NCBI GenBank assembly: GCA_951406725.2
Contig: OX597814.1
Coordinates: forward strand, 19,530,001-19,594,000
Reading direction: 5' to 3'
DNA: 64,000 bases
Origin: Octopus vulgaris
Taxonomy: Eukaryota
Position numbers and translations under genes: made by a program. The notes below the pieces were generated by a model. It was not told the origin of the DNA. It was given only the letters and a program-made list of their open reading frames with translations, and did no database searches. This document shows positions 13,981-27,580 of this stretch, piece after piece; position 1 is the stretch's first letter, and each line of letters opens with the position of its first letter.

Positions 13981-14049
13981 GTTAACCTTAATTGACACCT
14001 CGAATACCGTTTCACCGCATACCACATTCCTAGATACTAGAAATATTCT

Positions 14050-14639
14050 GTATAAATAAACAGCTCCAAAACGAGACAATACATTAACCATACCAAGTCA
14101 AATTGGAATACAACAATCTCATTACAAGGCAAAGAAAAGGTAACCAAAGCAGCCCTGTACTCAGAAGAAGAATCTTTCACGCAACTCATTATCCTGTATA
14201 CTCTGTTGCCTAGCTCCGACTCCATTTATAAATTCGTTGAACGTAAGCATGAATGACTATGGATGCCATCAGTAAACTATAAACTATCTCTTGAATATGG
14301 ATGACCGAAAAGTATTTACAAACGGTGATACCCGGCTGGAAAAGTTACTATGAATATTCAGAAATTCAGAAAAGATATAAAATAATGATGAATACGAGAT
14401 TAGATAAATGTACCAAAACGATTATAAGTAAAGATAAATTATCTAAAATTCAGAATATTATATTAAGTACAGACACTGAACTAAGAGAATTAGAGCAGAC
14501 CTACCAATACTTAGCCGTAGAAATTTAGAATATTTTAAATACAATACAGTTGCAGAAATGAGAAACGAAATTAGAAAAACCTCTACAGAAGTCTCTGACT
14601 AATATCAAAAGGTTAATCCCAATGCTAAAAATAAGCTCA

Positions 14640-14686
<47 letters not shown>

Positions 14687-14830
14687 TTATGTTTGTGTAT
14701 GTGTGTGTGTGCAAACGCTATCCAACTCAATTGCAAACTTCAATGAAATAAACTGACATACTTCAAGACCAAACAAGGAAACTACTAACAGAGATCTGGA
14801 GCTACTATCAATATCGATAAAAGTAAAACA
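14050..14830 (+). pseudogene. Decayed R4/Dong-like non-LTR reverse transcriptase fragment
   Basis: INYLLNMDDRKVF (cf. HLLYMDDLKL.) at 14279, LDKCTKTII..DKL, ELEQTYQYLAV (cf. YKYLG), NAKNKL, TRKLLT; many stops and frameshifts; interrupted by (TA)n. Confidence 0.75.
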
Positions 14831-15504
14831 AAAATATCTACTCCGCGCACATTTTGCTACAAGATCGAGTTGATGTCTTTGCGATTGACCCTGGCTGTCA
14901 CCAATGTGTTTCGCTGGCTTGTACAAAAGTACAAATCTATTGGTTGATGTTTGATGCATTGCCTCAATCTAACATTGCCATTAACCCCCGTCTTGAATTG
15001 CTAAGCAGACAGTACCGTGTTCTGTTCTTCTTTCGAGCGGTGGATAAGATGCTGGTCCACGAAGGCCAGAACTTTCTGCAATTCATTACACCAAACTCAA
15101 GAGCAAAGAAACTGGGGTACTACGATATCTGTTAAGATACGTTTGCCACATTAAGTAGGTGTTGGATTGTCGTCTACCAAAAATATATATATATTTTTAA
15201 GATGATAACATGTGAACTGGGGGTGCTTTCTCTGATATATCTAGAAAGTCTAACTAATATGTACCGGGTGTCTTATTGACTTGGAATGGCTTGTGTGGTG
15301 GCTGACATTCATGTGCAACACAAATATGTATTACTTCTCGGCAGACAGTCAGTGTGGTTTCGAAGTAGACTAGCATGAAAAACATTTAATTCAGTGTTTA
15401 TTTCCTCACCATTCGGAAAGCGTAATTTTGGACGTTATATATAATCATACATATACTTACATACATATATGTAAGTGTGTGTGAATGCATATATACATGT
15501 ATTT

Positions 15505-15654
15505 TTTCTCTCTTTGTTTCTCTCTGTGTTCCTTTCTGTGGAAGGGCGTAGGCTCGAAACGTTAAAGACTTTTTTAATTCTCGAGCGTTATGCTAATACA
15601 TCTGGGGTTTTTTTCTGCACCACCTGTCTTCGTCTTTTTTCGTGAATTTTCCCT
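15505..15654 (+). mobile_element. PLE terminal fragment family D with hammerhead-like motif
   Basis: CTTT-CTGTGGA-A-GGGC-GTAG-GCTC-GAAACGTT-AAAG. Confidence 0.6.
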
Positions 15655-15748
15655 AGGCTATAGTAGAAGACACTTGTCCAAGGTGCCACGCAGTGGGACT
15701 GAACCCGGAACCATGTGGTTCGTAAGCAACCTACTTACCACACAGCCC
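15655..15748 (-). mobile_element. SINE family B head fragment
   Basis: GGCTATAGTAGAAGACACTTG...CTTACCACACAGCC. Confidence 0.85.
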
Positions 15749-16151
15749 CTATGTAAAGCTTCACTGAATATATACTGGCAAAGTTGTGTGCGGGCAACGA
15801 ATATAAAAAAATTTTCGTAAGAACACCGGATAGATGAGCAACATAGAGTGGAGAATCTAGTACTTTGACAATATATATTCATTGAAGCTGTTATCGAATG
15901 CTATTTCCAGCAAACATTAGTGCTACGTTGTACCACTATTTCATATTTGAAATTCTACCTTTACAGTGCTTTATTTAGCTGGAAAATAATATTAATGTAT
16001 TCCAATAATATTTTTAATTTTTATGTAACTACATGTGGATTGTTGGGTATTTTCTCCTCCCTCTTCCTTTTCTCTTGCACTTTCATGGAGAATAGTTTGA
16101 TCGAAACATATAACACCCTTTCTTTCCTACCCTGAGTGTCTTATTAATACT

Positions 16152-16300
16152 TTGCAGATTTTTACAGTTCCAGCGATGGATTGGATCTCAGTCTTCGAAT
16201 TGGTTTTCTCCTTTCTGGTTTTGAGAAGCCAAATTCCTCAAGGTTGTTATTAAGGCAATGGGTTATGTATCCCAGGGCCCCAATAATTACAGGTATAATT
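16152..16300 (-). pseudogene. C-terminal restriction-like endonuclease fragment of an R4/NeSL-type LINE
   Basis: IPVIIGALGYITHCLNNNLEEFGFSKPERRKPIRRL..GTVKICK (IP..IGALG motif). Confidence 0.6.
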
Positions 16301-16466
16301 ACAGGTATTTATGTCTCTTCACTTTTATAATTATTATAAATCTTCCACTTAGGAGGGTTGTATGTATGCATGTGTATGTGTGCGTGTGTGTGTGTGTGTC
16401 CATATATATTTGTATGTATGCATATGTGTATGTGTGTTTGTATATATGAATGTAAGTGTGTATGGG

Positions 16467-16715
16467 TGGAGGTGCGTGGCTTATTGGTTAGGGTGTCAGC
16501 AACCATGATTGTGGTTTCGATTCTTGGACCGAGCGACGTGTTGTGTTCTTGAGCAAAACACTTCATTTCACGTTGCTCCAGTCCACTCAGCTGGCAAAAA
16601 TGAGTAACGCTGCGATGGACTGGCGTCCCGCCCAGCTGGGGAACACATACGCCATAGAAACCGAGAAACTGGGCTCATGAGCCTGGCTAGGCTTTAAAAG
16701 GGTGCATTTATTTAT
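16467..16715 (+). mobile_element. tRNA-headed SINE with CORE-like central region
   Basis: GGAGGTGCGTGGCTTATTGGTTAGGG head; GTTCTTGAGCAAAACACTTCATTTC..CTCAGCTGGCAAAAATGAGTA; GCGATGGACTGGCGTCCC; (ATTT)n tail. Confidence 0.8.
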
Positions 16716-17506
16716 TTTTTAAGTCTGCATACATGTATTCATGCATGCATATATGCACGTATGTTCTTCGAGATTCATTCAAGTTTTCACTGCACGGATT
16801 TTCAAGCGGGTTACTGACAAAGTGACTGAGTTAACTGTTTGTCTCCAGAAGGTTCCTAAGATTTCTGAATACGTCAATGAGTGCATTTCTGCTGGAATAT
16901 GCCTTACTAACATTGCACTCATTTAATGAGTAATGAAAGTCCTATCAGTACACAACTGTATTTCGTTATGCCTGCATGTACGCAAGTGTAATATTTATTT
17001 GCATGCATGTATATATATGTGTGTGCGTTTGTACGTATATATATAGAGAGACACACATATACGTGTGTGTTCAAGTCTATGTATGTACGTACGTACGTGT
17101 GTATGCATGCATGCACGTGTGTAGGTGCAGTTATATCTTTGTGCGGAATGTGACGTCCGTTGTGAGTCAGTCTTAACGTTGATGTTTAGTGAGACATTAT
17201 CAAGGATATTTATGACAAATGTGAGATATCAGTGTCCCCAGGTCGAGATGGGATTGCTTGCCACTGCTGGCAAAATTGATAATGTTTGCAAAGCTTCTCA
17301 TCAGAAATCACAATTATCTCTATTTCAAAGATGATGATGGGGATTCCATACAGCCTGAGCTTTATAGTGGTTATTTATTACACACACATGCACACGCAAA
17401 CCACACACATACACTCAGATATGTGAATGTATATATGTATACGCATGTGTGTATATGAGTGTGTACTTGTGTGCATGCATGTGCTTATATATATGTAAAG
17501 ATATAT

Positions 17507-17560
<54 letters not shown>

Positions 17561-19317
17561 ATATGTATTATATTCGTAAGCATGCAGTGCGGATAGGTGG
17601 ATACCTACGTACATGCATGTAAATATATACGGGTATAGCGTACATACATACCCATACGTACGAACATGAATATATACGCCAGTATATGCACGCCTGCATA
17701 GATGTGTATACATGCATTCATATACATATAGACACACAGACATATATACACATGAATACATTCATAAATATAAGCGCAGGTGTTACCGTTGATATTAAGG
17801 TGACTCATGGTGGTAGTGCTGATACCGATGATAATACTCGATTCCTTTAGCTTATTGTGAATTAAAAATAGGGGCACATACTGGCATATATAGTATTATT
17901 GGATTACCACTGAACGCTACATATTCCTTGTTGTTTTATATCAAATACAATGAACGTTGCATTAAATTCATTTTATACCAGAAAAAACCTCCAGTGGGAA
18001 TTGCTTTCCTCTGTAGAAATAGCTCTTTCTCAAATAATATTTTCATAACTGTAAGTCTGCTGATGAAATCCCTGTCAAATTGAGTCAGATGTGCTATTAG
18101 TGTAAGTTTTAGAATATTCAAATAGATCATATATAGTTACATAACGTGGCATTGTCATGAGGTGTAGCTGGGCAAAAGAGACACAACACCAGAACGCAAC
18201 TGATGTATTTCTCATCATAATCGTTGTTGTCAGTCACCAGGTCAGCCCTGCTCCAGCAAGCTTATAATCAATGATGTTCCAACTGTGACCGTTTCCATAT
18301 TGTATTTCAAATATTGAACATCCGGTCCTTTTCTTTTTTATATGAATATAGAGAGTGATAGGAGGGAGATTTGGTTCATAATGTTAACACTTTGAATTGG
18401 TGCTGTCATCTTCATTTTCTCCAACACAGGTGGTCAATAATTAAATGATTACGTTGGGGCCTTTAGTTCGACATCAAAGAAAGAAGTCACGAAGTGTAAC
18501 TGGACAAAATGAGACTACACATAATGTACACTTAAAATGCCTTTCGACTTAACGGCAAAAATGAAACGAGTTGTGCGAAATAATGCTAATAGGAAAGACG
18601 GTGGACCCTTTGGCCTTCAGAAAAGATTTATATATAAAAAAAAGAAGAAATAGGCAAAGCTCGAGCTGGGGAACTTTTCGACTTACCAGTATAAGGGTTA
18701 TTTGAAAATGAAAAGCAAGCCTGCAAAACAGGTCGGTTTCTTGATATTTTGTGGGAGCGAATGAAAGGAAAGAGTACAGACGAGTTGAGAGAAAAGCAGA
18801 GAAAATAAGAGATAAATAGAGAGAGAGAGAGAAAGAAAGAAAGAAAGATAGAGTGAGTGAGTGAGAAGGAAACTGTCGCTTATAAAACAAAATGGATTAG
18901 ACGGAGGCATAAATAGAAAAGGGTAAATGGATAGATGGATGCGAAAATGGAAGGCCAAAATGAAAGAAAGATAAAAGGGTGCAAATAATGAGGGACATGT
19001 GAGAACGAACCAAGAAAATGAAACATACAAACAAGTACATAAACATCACAATCATACAATTGTTTCATACAAAATGGACCCAGGTATTCATAAAGAGAAC
19101 ATCGTAATAGTCAAATTTGTACTCCTCTGTAGGTAATATTTAAAGGAAATAAAGGTGTTTAAAGTACACATAGATTTTTAATCATTTTAGGGGATTTATA
19201 TATTCCTTCTTCCAGTCACGCTTATTTGAGTCTAGGTTCTTTTCACCTTACTCATACTATTATTGAACCTGGAGTCAAACTACAGTCCTTCCGTAACACT
19301 TACATAGTCTTACCTAG

Positions 19318-19430
19318 GTGAAAAGGTCTCTTACGTTTCGAGCGTACGCTCCTCAACAGAAAGGAGCACAAGGAAATAAACAGAGAGAGAATAAAAGACT
19401 TGTGGATTTAGCGGTCAATCATGGCAACTC
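19318..19430 (-). mobile_element. PLE terminal fragment family D
   Basis: Minus strand CTTT-CTGTTGA-G-GAGC-GTAC-GCTC-GAAACGTA-AGAG. Confidence 0.6.
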
Positions 19431-19444
19431 ATATATATATATGC

Positions 19445-19506
<62 letters not shown>

Positions 19507-19510
19507 TATG

Positions 19511-19600
<90 letters not shown>

Positions 19601-19601
<1 letters not shown>

Positions 19602-20220
19602 GGGATAATTCACAAGAAACAAAAGACGAAGACATGTGGTGTAGACAACAAACAGATGTATTAGTTTAACGCTCAGGAAGTGAAAAAGTCTTTAACGTTT
19701 CGAGACTACGCTCTTCCACAAAAAGGAATGCAGAATGAACCAAGGAGAGGAAATAAAGAATGTGTAGTGGCTAACGATCTATCATGGCGAATGCTGGACA
19801 GAGGTGTCACACAGGAGAGCTAGGAAGAAGGGGGATAATAAAGTAGTGGTGATCCCAAAACGAAGGTGCGCGTGTGTATAACAGAGCTTGTGTGTGCGTG
19901 TGGAAGAGGGCTGGTGACCCTGACATGTGCGTATGTGTAAGTGTAGGCGTGCGGATGATGGTCTGGGTGCTGGGAAGTGGTCAGTGCTACTGTGTGCGTG
20001 GTGGTGTGATGTGGTGTTGTGTGATATAGTTGTGTGTGGGTTAGGCTGAGGATGGGGGTAGAGGTGGGGTATGTAGTAGTGGGTGTAAGGGATGGAGTGG
20101 AGTGGGATGGAATGGATAAGGAAGGTGGGGTTGGATTGTGTAGGAGTAGGGCTACGAGAGAGGGGTGAAGATGATGGGAGAGAAGGAAGAGAGAGCGTGG
20201 GTAGGTGTAAAGGGAAGATA
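19601..20220 (-). mobile_element. PLE family D, longer fragment
   Basis: Same terminus and hairpin (TTGTGGAAGAGCGTAGTCTCGAAACGTTAAAG on minus) plus a C-rich upstream region; flanked by (TA)n on both sides. Confidence 0.55.
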
Positions 20221-20449
20221 TATATATATATTATATATATATATGCACACACACACGCACGAACATATATATATATATAGATATATATATATATCTACGA
20301 TAGAAAAAGGGGGAGGGGTAGAGAGAATGACAGGTATGTATAAATAGACAGATAGAGGGGACAACAGAGAGGAAGGGAGTGATTTTTATACAAAATTCGA
20401 TCTATAAAAATTAAGAAATGAAGGTTAGGGAGAAAAAGAAACAATAGCA

Positions 20450-20450
20450 T

Positions 20451-20518
<68 letters not shown>

Positions 20519-20573
20519 AATAAAGAAAGAAAGAAAGAATGAATGAAAGAAAGAAAGGATAAGGAAGAAAGGC

Positions 20574-20608
<35 letters not shown>

Positions 20609-20630
20609 ATGAATGAAAGAAAGAAAGGAT

Positions 20631-20683
<53 letters not shown>

Positions 20684-20797
20684 AAAAAAGAAAGAAAGAA
20701 AGAATGAAAGAAAGAATGAAAGAAAGAAAGAAAGAAAGAAAGAAAGAAACAAACAAACAAACAAACAAAGAAACAAAGAAACAAAGAAACAAAGAAA
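20450..20797. repeat. (GAAA)n compound microsatellite
   Basis: direct. Confidence 0.95.
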
Positions 20798-21343
20798 AGT
20801 AGCTGTCCTATAAAAAATGATGGAGTTGCCAGTTGAAAGGTCGAACGCCGGAAATGAGTGCTTGAGGACAGGAGAAGATATGAGAAGATGGAAAAACAGT
20901 GATATGTATGTATATATAAAGAAAGAGAAAGGGTTGATGTGAGATCCTGATATAATGTCTATAAAGCAGTTCAGTGATACAATAGATATAATGATGCCTG
21001 AAGTATAAAGATGAAGTTAGCCCGCTTGGTGTCGACATGTTTTCTTGCTTTTTTTTTATTCTTTTTGTTTTTATTTCTCACATTGTCTTTATTTATATCA
21101 GCATCCATCTGTCGCAGTGTCGGATGCAGAATGAGGGGGGAAATGGTGGCGAAGAAGAAGAAGAAAAGCGGGAAAGAGTGGAGGTGAGAGATAGAGAAAA
21201 ATTACCGAATGGAAAACCATGGCTATAGTTCTGGACGTTCCACAACCAATCAGAATTTATATTTACTTACTCATAACAGATTTGTTTTTCTCTTTCACCC
21301 AGACCACATCACCTTTTTCTTTTTCCCTTCCTTAATTCCTTCT

Positions 21344-21388
<45 letters not shown>

Positions 21389-21548
21389 GTCTCTCCCTAT
21401 CTATCGCTCTTGCTCTTCTTCTGTCTATTCATCTCTCTATCAATATATATATATCAAAAGGATGTGTTATATTACTATTCCATGTATACTAAAACAGCCA
21501 TACCAACAATCCAACAGACATGCAGGTAGACGGGATAGATAAAGAAAG

Positions 21549-21624
<76 letters not shown>

Positions 21625-21626
<2 letters not shown>

Positions 21627-21797
21627 GTTTCTTTATTGGCCACACAGGGCTGCACACAGATGGGACAAGTTACAAAGTAGAGCTTTTCTTTTGGGGGATG
21701 AAAAAAACAAAAAACAAAAGAAACAAAAGAAAAAAAAAAGAAAAAAGGGGTGGCGTGGGTTTTCGATCAAGAGGGATCGTAAAAGGGAAGAAAAGGA
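21625..21797 (-). mobile_element. 3' end of the Tx1-like LINE within (GATA)n
   Basis: GTTTCTTTATTGGCCACACAGGGCTGCACACAGATGGGAC, identical to the copy at 9068. Confidence 0.8.
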
Positions 21798-21818
21798 CAG
21801 ACAGACAGACAGACAGAC

Positions 21819-22030
<212 letters not shown>

Positions 22031-22035
22031 ATGGG

Positions 22036-22128
<93 letters not shown>

Positions 22129-22805
22129 CCATCGTTTATTATCTCCCTCTTAATTCGTCCATTCGTTCTAAACTTGCGGTTTGATTTTCTTGTCAAGCCT
22201 TTATTCTTTCATACATATTTTCTTGTGGACATAAAATGGCTGAGTGAATGGGTTACCAAATTATTTGCTCACGCGTGATTTGAGTTCCAGTCGGCTGCAA
22301 GCAATTTCCATTGTGTTCCTAGAGATGAGGATATTTTACACCTTGTAACTCAGGCTGCAGAACTTCGTGGATTAAATTCCAGATCTAAGAACTTTGTATG
22401 GCTTCAAAACTACCAGGAGACGGCAACAGGAAACCTTAGAAAATGATGTAGATTACTTCATCTACAGCATTGGATTTCAGCCAGACGGTTGATTAAACAG
22501 GAATATTCTGTATAGCTGTAACTCCATCTTGGTATCTTTCGCTCATTCACACCTTTTCTTTATTTTTCCATTTTTACCTCTTTCTCCCATTTTAGGATTC
22601 AGTTTGTGTTTCTAGTTCCAGTGTCCCGATTTTATTCCCATATTCTATATCATTTCCTTCGTTATCTGTTATTTCTTAGATGAGCGCCAAAGAATAGAAA
22701 CGAAACATCGGAGATTGCAGAAGCTATATAAAAAATATACATGCACACACATATATATACCACACATACATACTTACACATACACACACACATTCAAATG
22801 TATGG

Positions 22806-22895
<90 letters not shown>

Positions 22896-23030
22896 ACGTG
22901 TGTTTAACTTGCTTAGAAAACGGTATAAGTTATTCAAGACTTAGGATCCAAAGCAGAAGTTATTAACCGCTATGCTCCCTATGGTCCGCTGATGTACTGC
23001 GACATATTTAACTGAACAGGAAGTACCAGG

Positions 23031-23168
23031 ATATTCTTTTCTACTCTAGGCAAAAGGCCCGAAATTTTGGGGGAGGGGTCCAGTCGATTAGATCGACCTT
23101 AGTACGCAACTGGTACTTAATTTATCGACCTCGAAAGGAAAAGTCGACCTCGGCGGAATATGAACTCC
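23031..23168 (-). mobile_element. SINE family C, alternative-tail subfamily, 5'-truncated
   Basis: TTCTTTTCTACTCTAGGC..GGCCCGAAATTTTGGGGGAGGGG..GTCGACCTCGGCGGAA. Confidence 0.85.
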
Positions 23169-23169
23169 A

Positions 23170-23262
23170 TGGACAAGATATCTCAAGAACCGCTGGATGG
23201 ATTCGGATGAAACTTTCAGGGATGTTTGGCCTCGTGACTGGCACGAACAGATTCTGGATTCT
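23170..23262. mobile_element. DINE/HINE-like (Helentron-associated) fragment
   Basis: ATATCTCAAGAACCGCTGGATGGATTCGGATGAAACTT motif. Confidence 0.45.
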
Positions 23263-23293
23263 TTTTCCAGTTTCTTTTTTCTTTTTATACTTA

Positions 23294-23692
23294 ACTAGCA
23301 GTATCGCCCGGCGTTGCTCGGGTTCTAAGGGAAATAACTATATACGTATTTTTAGAGATGTAAAGTATAATAGCCATCTCAATATGGCTAACCACAAAGG
23401 AGGGAGGTGTTACTATAGCTTTTTACGTTCTGAGATTTAATAATGCATTTTTAGAGAGTTACTTCCCTTATATAATAGCAGAAAAATTCATTACAAATGG
23501 GAAAAAATAATGGTAATTTCTTTTAAAAATCGTATACTCATCGTAGATGCGCGCTAATACCCAGAAGGGCTCGATATGAATCACGACTATAAGATACCCA
23601 CTTTTGGTTACACTGCACCGCAAAATGTGGGAGTAGTTAGGAATCTAAATCGTAGGAGACAGACACACAACTTCACTTTTATATATAAGGAT
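23294..23692 (+). mobile_element. Non-autonomous Helitron-like element
   Basis: 5' ACTAGCAGTATCGCCCGGCGTTGCTCGGG hairpin; 3' AGACAGACACACA..TTTTATATATAAGGAT; shares its 5' end with 31219-31604. Confidence 0.7.
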
Positions 23693-23982
23693 TTTTGAGA
23701 GTGGTCGGGTTTATTTTTAATAGTCTCGTATGTGAGAGCAGCCGAGTTTATTTCAGATATTCTCATTTTAAAAATCATGTCTGGCTAATCGTTGAGAGGA
23801 CGTTAGTGGTATTGCCTTTGCGGGGGTGTGCGCTCTCTAAGTGCTCTTGTTTATTTTTTTATTTATTTATTTGCTGCCTATCGAGTCGTGTAACAGCATA
23901 GACTTTAATCATCATCATCATCGTCGTCGTCATCATCATTGCCACCAGCACCACCAGCGTCATCATTATCATTATTACTACC

Positions 23983-24216
23983 TATTTCTTTATTACCCAC
24001 AAGGGGCTAAACACAGAGGGGACAAACAAGGACAGACATAGGTATTAAGTCGATTACATCGACCCCAGTGCGTTACTGGTACTTAATTTATCGACCCCGA
24101 AAGGATGAAAGGCAAACTCGACCTCGGCGGAATTCGAACTCACAACGTAACGCAGACGAAATACCGCTAAGCATTTTGCCCGGCGTGCTAACGTTTCTGC
24201 CAGCTCGCCGCCTTAT
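23983..24216 (-). mobile_element. SINE family C, full length, 14-bp TSD
   Basis: TCATTATTACTACC at 23969-23982 and 24217-24230. Confidence 0.92.
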
Positions 24217-24474
24217 TCATTATTACTACCGTATCACCGTCAACACCTCCACCACAACCACCACCACCACCAACAACAACAACGATAGCATGACGGCAAT
24301 AACAGTAACAGCAACAGTGGCGATGACGTAACTCAAATGATTCAGTGCTGCTGGATAAAACAATCTTGTTAAATTTTGTTGATGGGTTGTGATCGCTCTG
24401 ATCGAAATCGATAACTGAACTGTCAGACATTTTTCACTGGTCGATATGTATGCAAGTAAAGTTTTTAGCATAAT

Positions 24475-24706
24475 CGTCGTCATCGTCATCGTTATCGTCA
24501 TCACAATCATCATCATCATCATCATCATCACCATCAATATCCTCATCATCATCATCTACATCATCATCATCGCCATCAACATCAACATCATCATCATCAC
24601 CACCATCATCATCATCATCATCATCATCATTGCCATCAACATCATCATCATCCTTATCATCCTCATCATCCTTATCATCATCATCATCATCATCATCGCC
24701 ATTAAT

Positions 24707-24740
<34 letters not shown>

Positions 24741-24742
24741 CC

Positions 24743-24774
<32 letters not shown>

Positions 24775-24965
24775 TGCCATCAACATCATCATCATCATCC
24801 TCATCATCATCATCATCATCATCATATTTAACATCATTGTTGCTATCACCATTGTCATCGTAATCATCATGTCCTCGTCGTGGTCGTGGTCGTCATCATC
24901 ATCATCATCATAGTCATCATCATCATCATCATCGTAATAATAATAATTATTATTATCATCATCAT
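24475..24965. repeat. (ATC)n compound microsatellite
   Basis: direct. Confidence 0.95.
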
Positions 24966-25257
24966 CGCATAATATTTTCTTTTTCACCGTCTTTCTCTCC
25001 TTTATACTCTTTCCTATTTTCCTCAACTTTGCCTTCGCCATCCTCACCGCCACTGTCACCACCGCCATCGTCGTTACCGTCATCACCACCTCAACCACCG
25101 ACAACACGACCACCACAATCATCATCATCATTATCACCATCACCACCACATCCACCACTATATTCACCAACAAGTGTATTGTAATCACTATTCTCAACAC
25201 TACCGTCGCCTCTTGTATCGTCATTACCACGATCATAATCAACATTATTACCATCAT

Positions 25258-25870
25258 TAAGGCGGCGAGCTGGCAGAAACGTTAGCACGCCGGACAAAAT
25301 GCTTTGCACAAAATGCTTCGTCTGCCGTTACGTTCTGAGTTCAAATTCCGCCGAGGTCGACTTTGCCTTTCATCCTTTCGGCGTCGATAAATTAAGTACC
25401 AGTTACGCTCTAGGGTCGATGTAATCGACTTAATCCGTTTGACTTTCCTTGTTTGTCCCCTCTATGTTTAGCCCCATGTGGGCAATGAAGAAAGGAGAAA
25501 CGTTAGCACGCCGGGCGAAATGCTTAGCGGTACTTCGTGTCTTTACGCTGAGTTCAAATTCCGCCTAGGTCGACTTTGCCTTTCATCCTTTCGACGTCGA
25601 TAAATTAAGTACCAGTTACGCTCTCGGGTCGATGTAATCGACTTAATCCGTTTGACTTTCCTTGTTTGTTCCCTCTGTGTTTAGCCCCTTGTGGGTAATA
25701 AAGAAATAGGTACTTCGTGTCTTTACGCTGAGTTCAAATTCCGCCTAGGTCGACTTTGCCCTTCATCCTTTCGGGCTCGATAAATTAAGTACCAGTTGCG
25801 TACTGGGCTTAATCTAATCGACTGGCCCCCTCCCCAAAAATGTTGGGCCTTGTGCCAAGAGTAGAAGAAA
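25258..25870 (+). mobile_element. SINE family C trimeric concatemer ending in the alternative tail
   Basis: Junctions at ~25497 (GAAA|CGTTAGC) and 25709 (AAGAAATA|GGTAC). Confidence 0.9.
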
Positions 25871-26602
25871 GATAACAACATCATTACCATTATCATCTTC
25901 GTCGTCGTCGCCGTCGTTAACGTTATCACCAACGTTGTCATGTTCATCGGCGCCGTTGACATCACCACTCTGTTCACACACAATGTACGTTAATAACAAT
26001 ATTTACCCAGAGATTTAGAGCACGGTTCTAAGCATATAACAAACAATAACGAGGAAAATATGTGGGTTGAGATAAACTGGGATTAAAATATTTTTTTTTA
26101 AAAATACAAATCTTTCAATGGATTATCGATTATTGATTCATGAAAAAAAAAAACATTTGATGTTTAATTTTTCAACATAAATGATTATCCTAATTGAAGC
26201 TGGGATCGATAAATTTTAGTGACAATAAATTATTGGAAAATGATGGAACTAGTTGTGTACTTTGCGTTTTTAAGCTGCTGATTAGTCGGTTCGAATCGCA
26301 TTAGAGGTGGTCTGTTGTACACAAAATTAAGTATCCTTAGCTCACAAAATACATTAGTAAACTAAGAGTCTATGTCAAGTTGACAACCTTGCTTCTGAGT
26401 TTTCATTTGTCTTAAGAGAAAAGGCATCCAGATCTCTCTGAAATCACAACTTATTGTCTTGAAATAGCATATACAAGATATATCTTGACCACACTATACC
26501 TGGATTAAAAACAGATAGTATCTAGTGTATAAATAAATGGTCATATTCGGAGTGTCTTTCAGGGCCGCCGAGATACTAAACAACAAAAAGAACCACAACA
26601 TA

Positions 26603-27328
26603 TGAGACGTTTAGTAACAGACCGTCGTAAGCGTCACAACTTAAAAAACCAAGAAAAACGCCGTGAAACTTCCGTAACTTTCAGAATGGGATATCTCGAC
26701 AAGGAATGCAGTTAGAAAGCTGTTTTTGGTCTTAAAATGGCCGTGAAGACCTCCTCTAATCAGTCCACCTATGTGAAATTATTTATTTATGTATGCATCT
26801 GAAAGATGAAACAATGGCTCCGTCTTTCTTATTTTGTAGAATCTACCGCTACTATGAAATGGTTCATCGCATTGCATATTTTAGCCATAATACCTAGAAA
26901 AAACATGCAGTGACCTCATCCCAAAAGGTATTGATTGTGTTTTAATATACCAAGGTAAATATCTTTAAGAGGTAAGTAAGACAAGATAGTAAGATAATAG
27001 CCCATTGTCGTTACATAGGCAACGAGGAATATTAGAAAATGAGCCCTAACACCTCGAAAAATTATATAGGGACCACACCAAAGTTATTCATTGTGTGTGC
27101 TTACGATGGTGTGCTACAAAACTGTCTGGTCTGAGTTTGGGTGAGCGAGCGTCGAGTCAATAGCGTCGAGGTACAATTTTTTGCAGTCGGATTTTCGACC
27201 TTATTGCAAGCCTCACCGTTTCTACCTCACAACTTTTCGGATTCTAGACGCCGAGAGAAAGAAATGGATATACTAACCTCGAAAATACCCGGGGTGGCGC
27301 TTACGACGCTCAGTTACTAGACGCCTCG
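26603..27328. mobile_element. Non-autonomous Tc1/mariner-type TIR element (~726 bp) with TA flanks
   Basis: Left TA-TGAGACGTTTAGTAACAGACCGTCGTAAGCGTCAC versus reverse complement of right end TA-CGAGGCGTCTAGTAACTGAGCGTCGTAAGCGCCAC. Confidence 0.8.
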
Positions 27329-27449
27329 TATGTAATTATTTAATACTTGTATTCGTTCCACAAGGACCTACTCAGGTTTGTGCAGGCTCTGTTTTCTGCA
27401 GCATTGATTGGACCAGAGACAAATGAATAAACCTCCCCACCCCACTCCA

Positions 27450-27580
27450 CCCTAGATATTCTCATCTCGCGGGAGATTTACTCCCATAGCACCCTTCTGG
27501 AACTACCTCTCTGCTAATGCTATTTTTCTTACATGCATCAACTTACTGGAGTTCAAATATCAACTGACTCGACATTGTCA
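27450..27580 (+). pseudogene. Jockey/CR1-group LINE ORF2 C-terminal relic
   Basis: PFWNYLSANAIFLTCINLLEFKYQLTRH (cf. LWN.LP..VFP...NL..FK). Confidence 0.4.

Noticed and set aside
14854-15135. 93-aa non-repetitive ORF
   Set aside because: No recognisable motif or splice signals; adjacent to LINE debris; left unassigned pending a translated search.
17270-18110. Isolated CTGATGA matches (~17300 minus, 18060 plus; also 31312 and 58621)
   Set aside because: No correctly placed stem II plus GAAA; 31312 is part of a Helitron-like motif.
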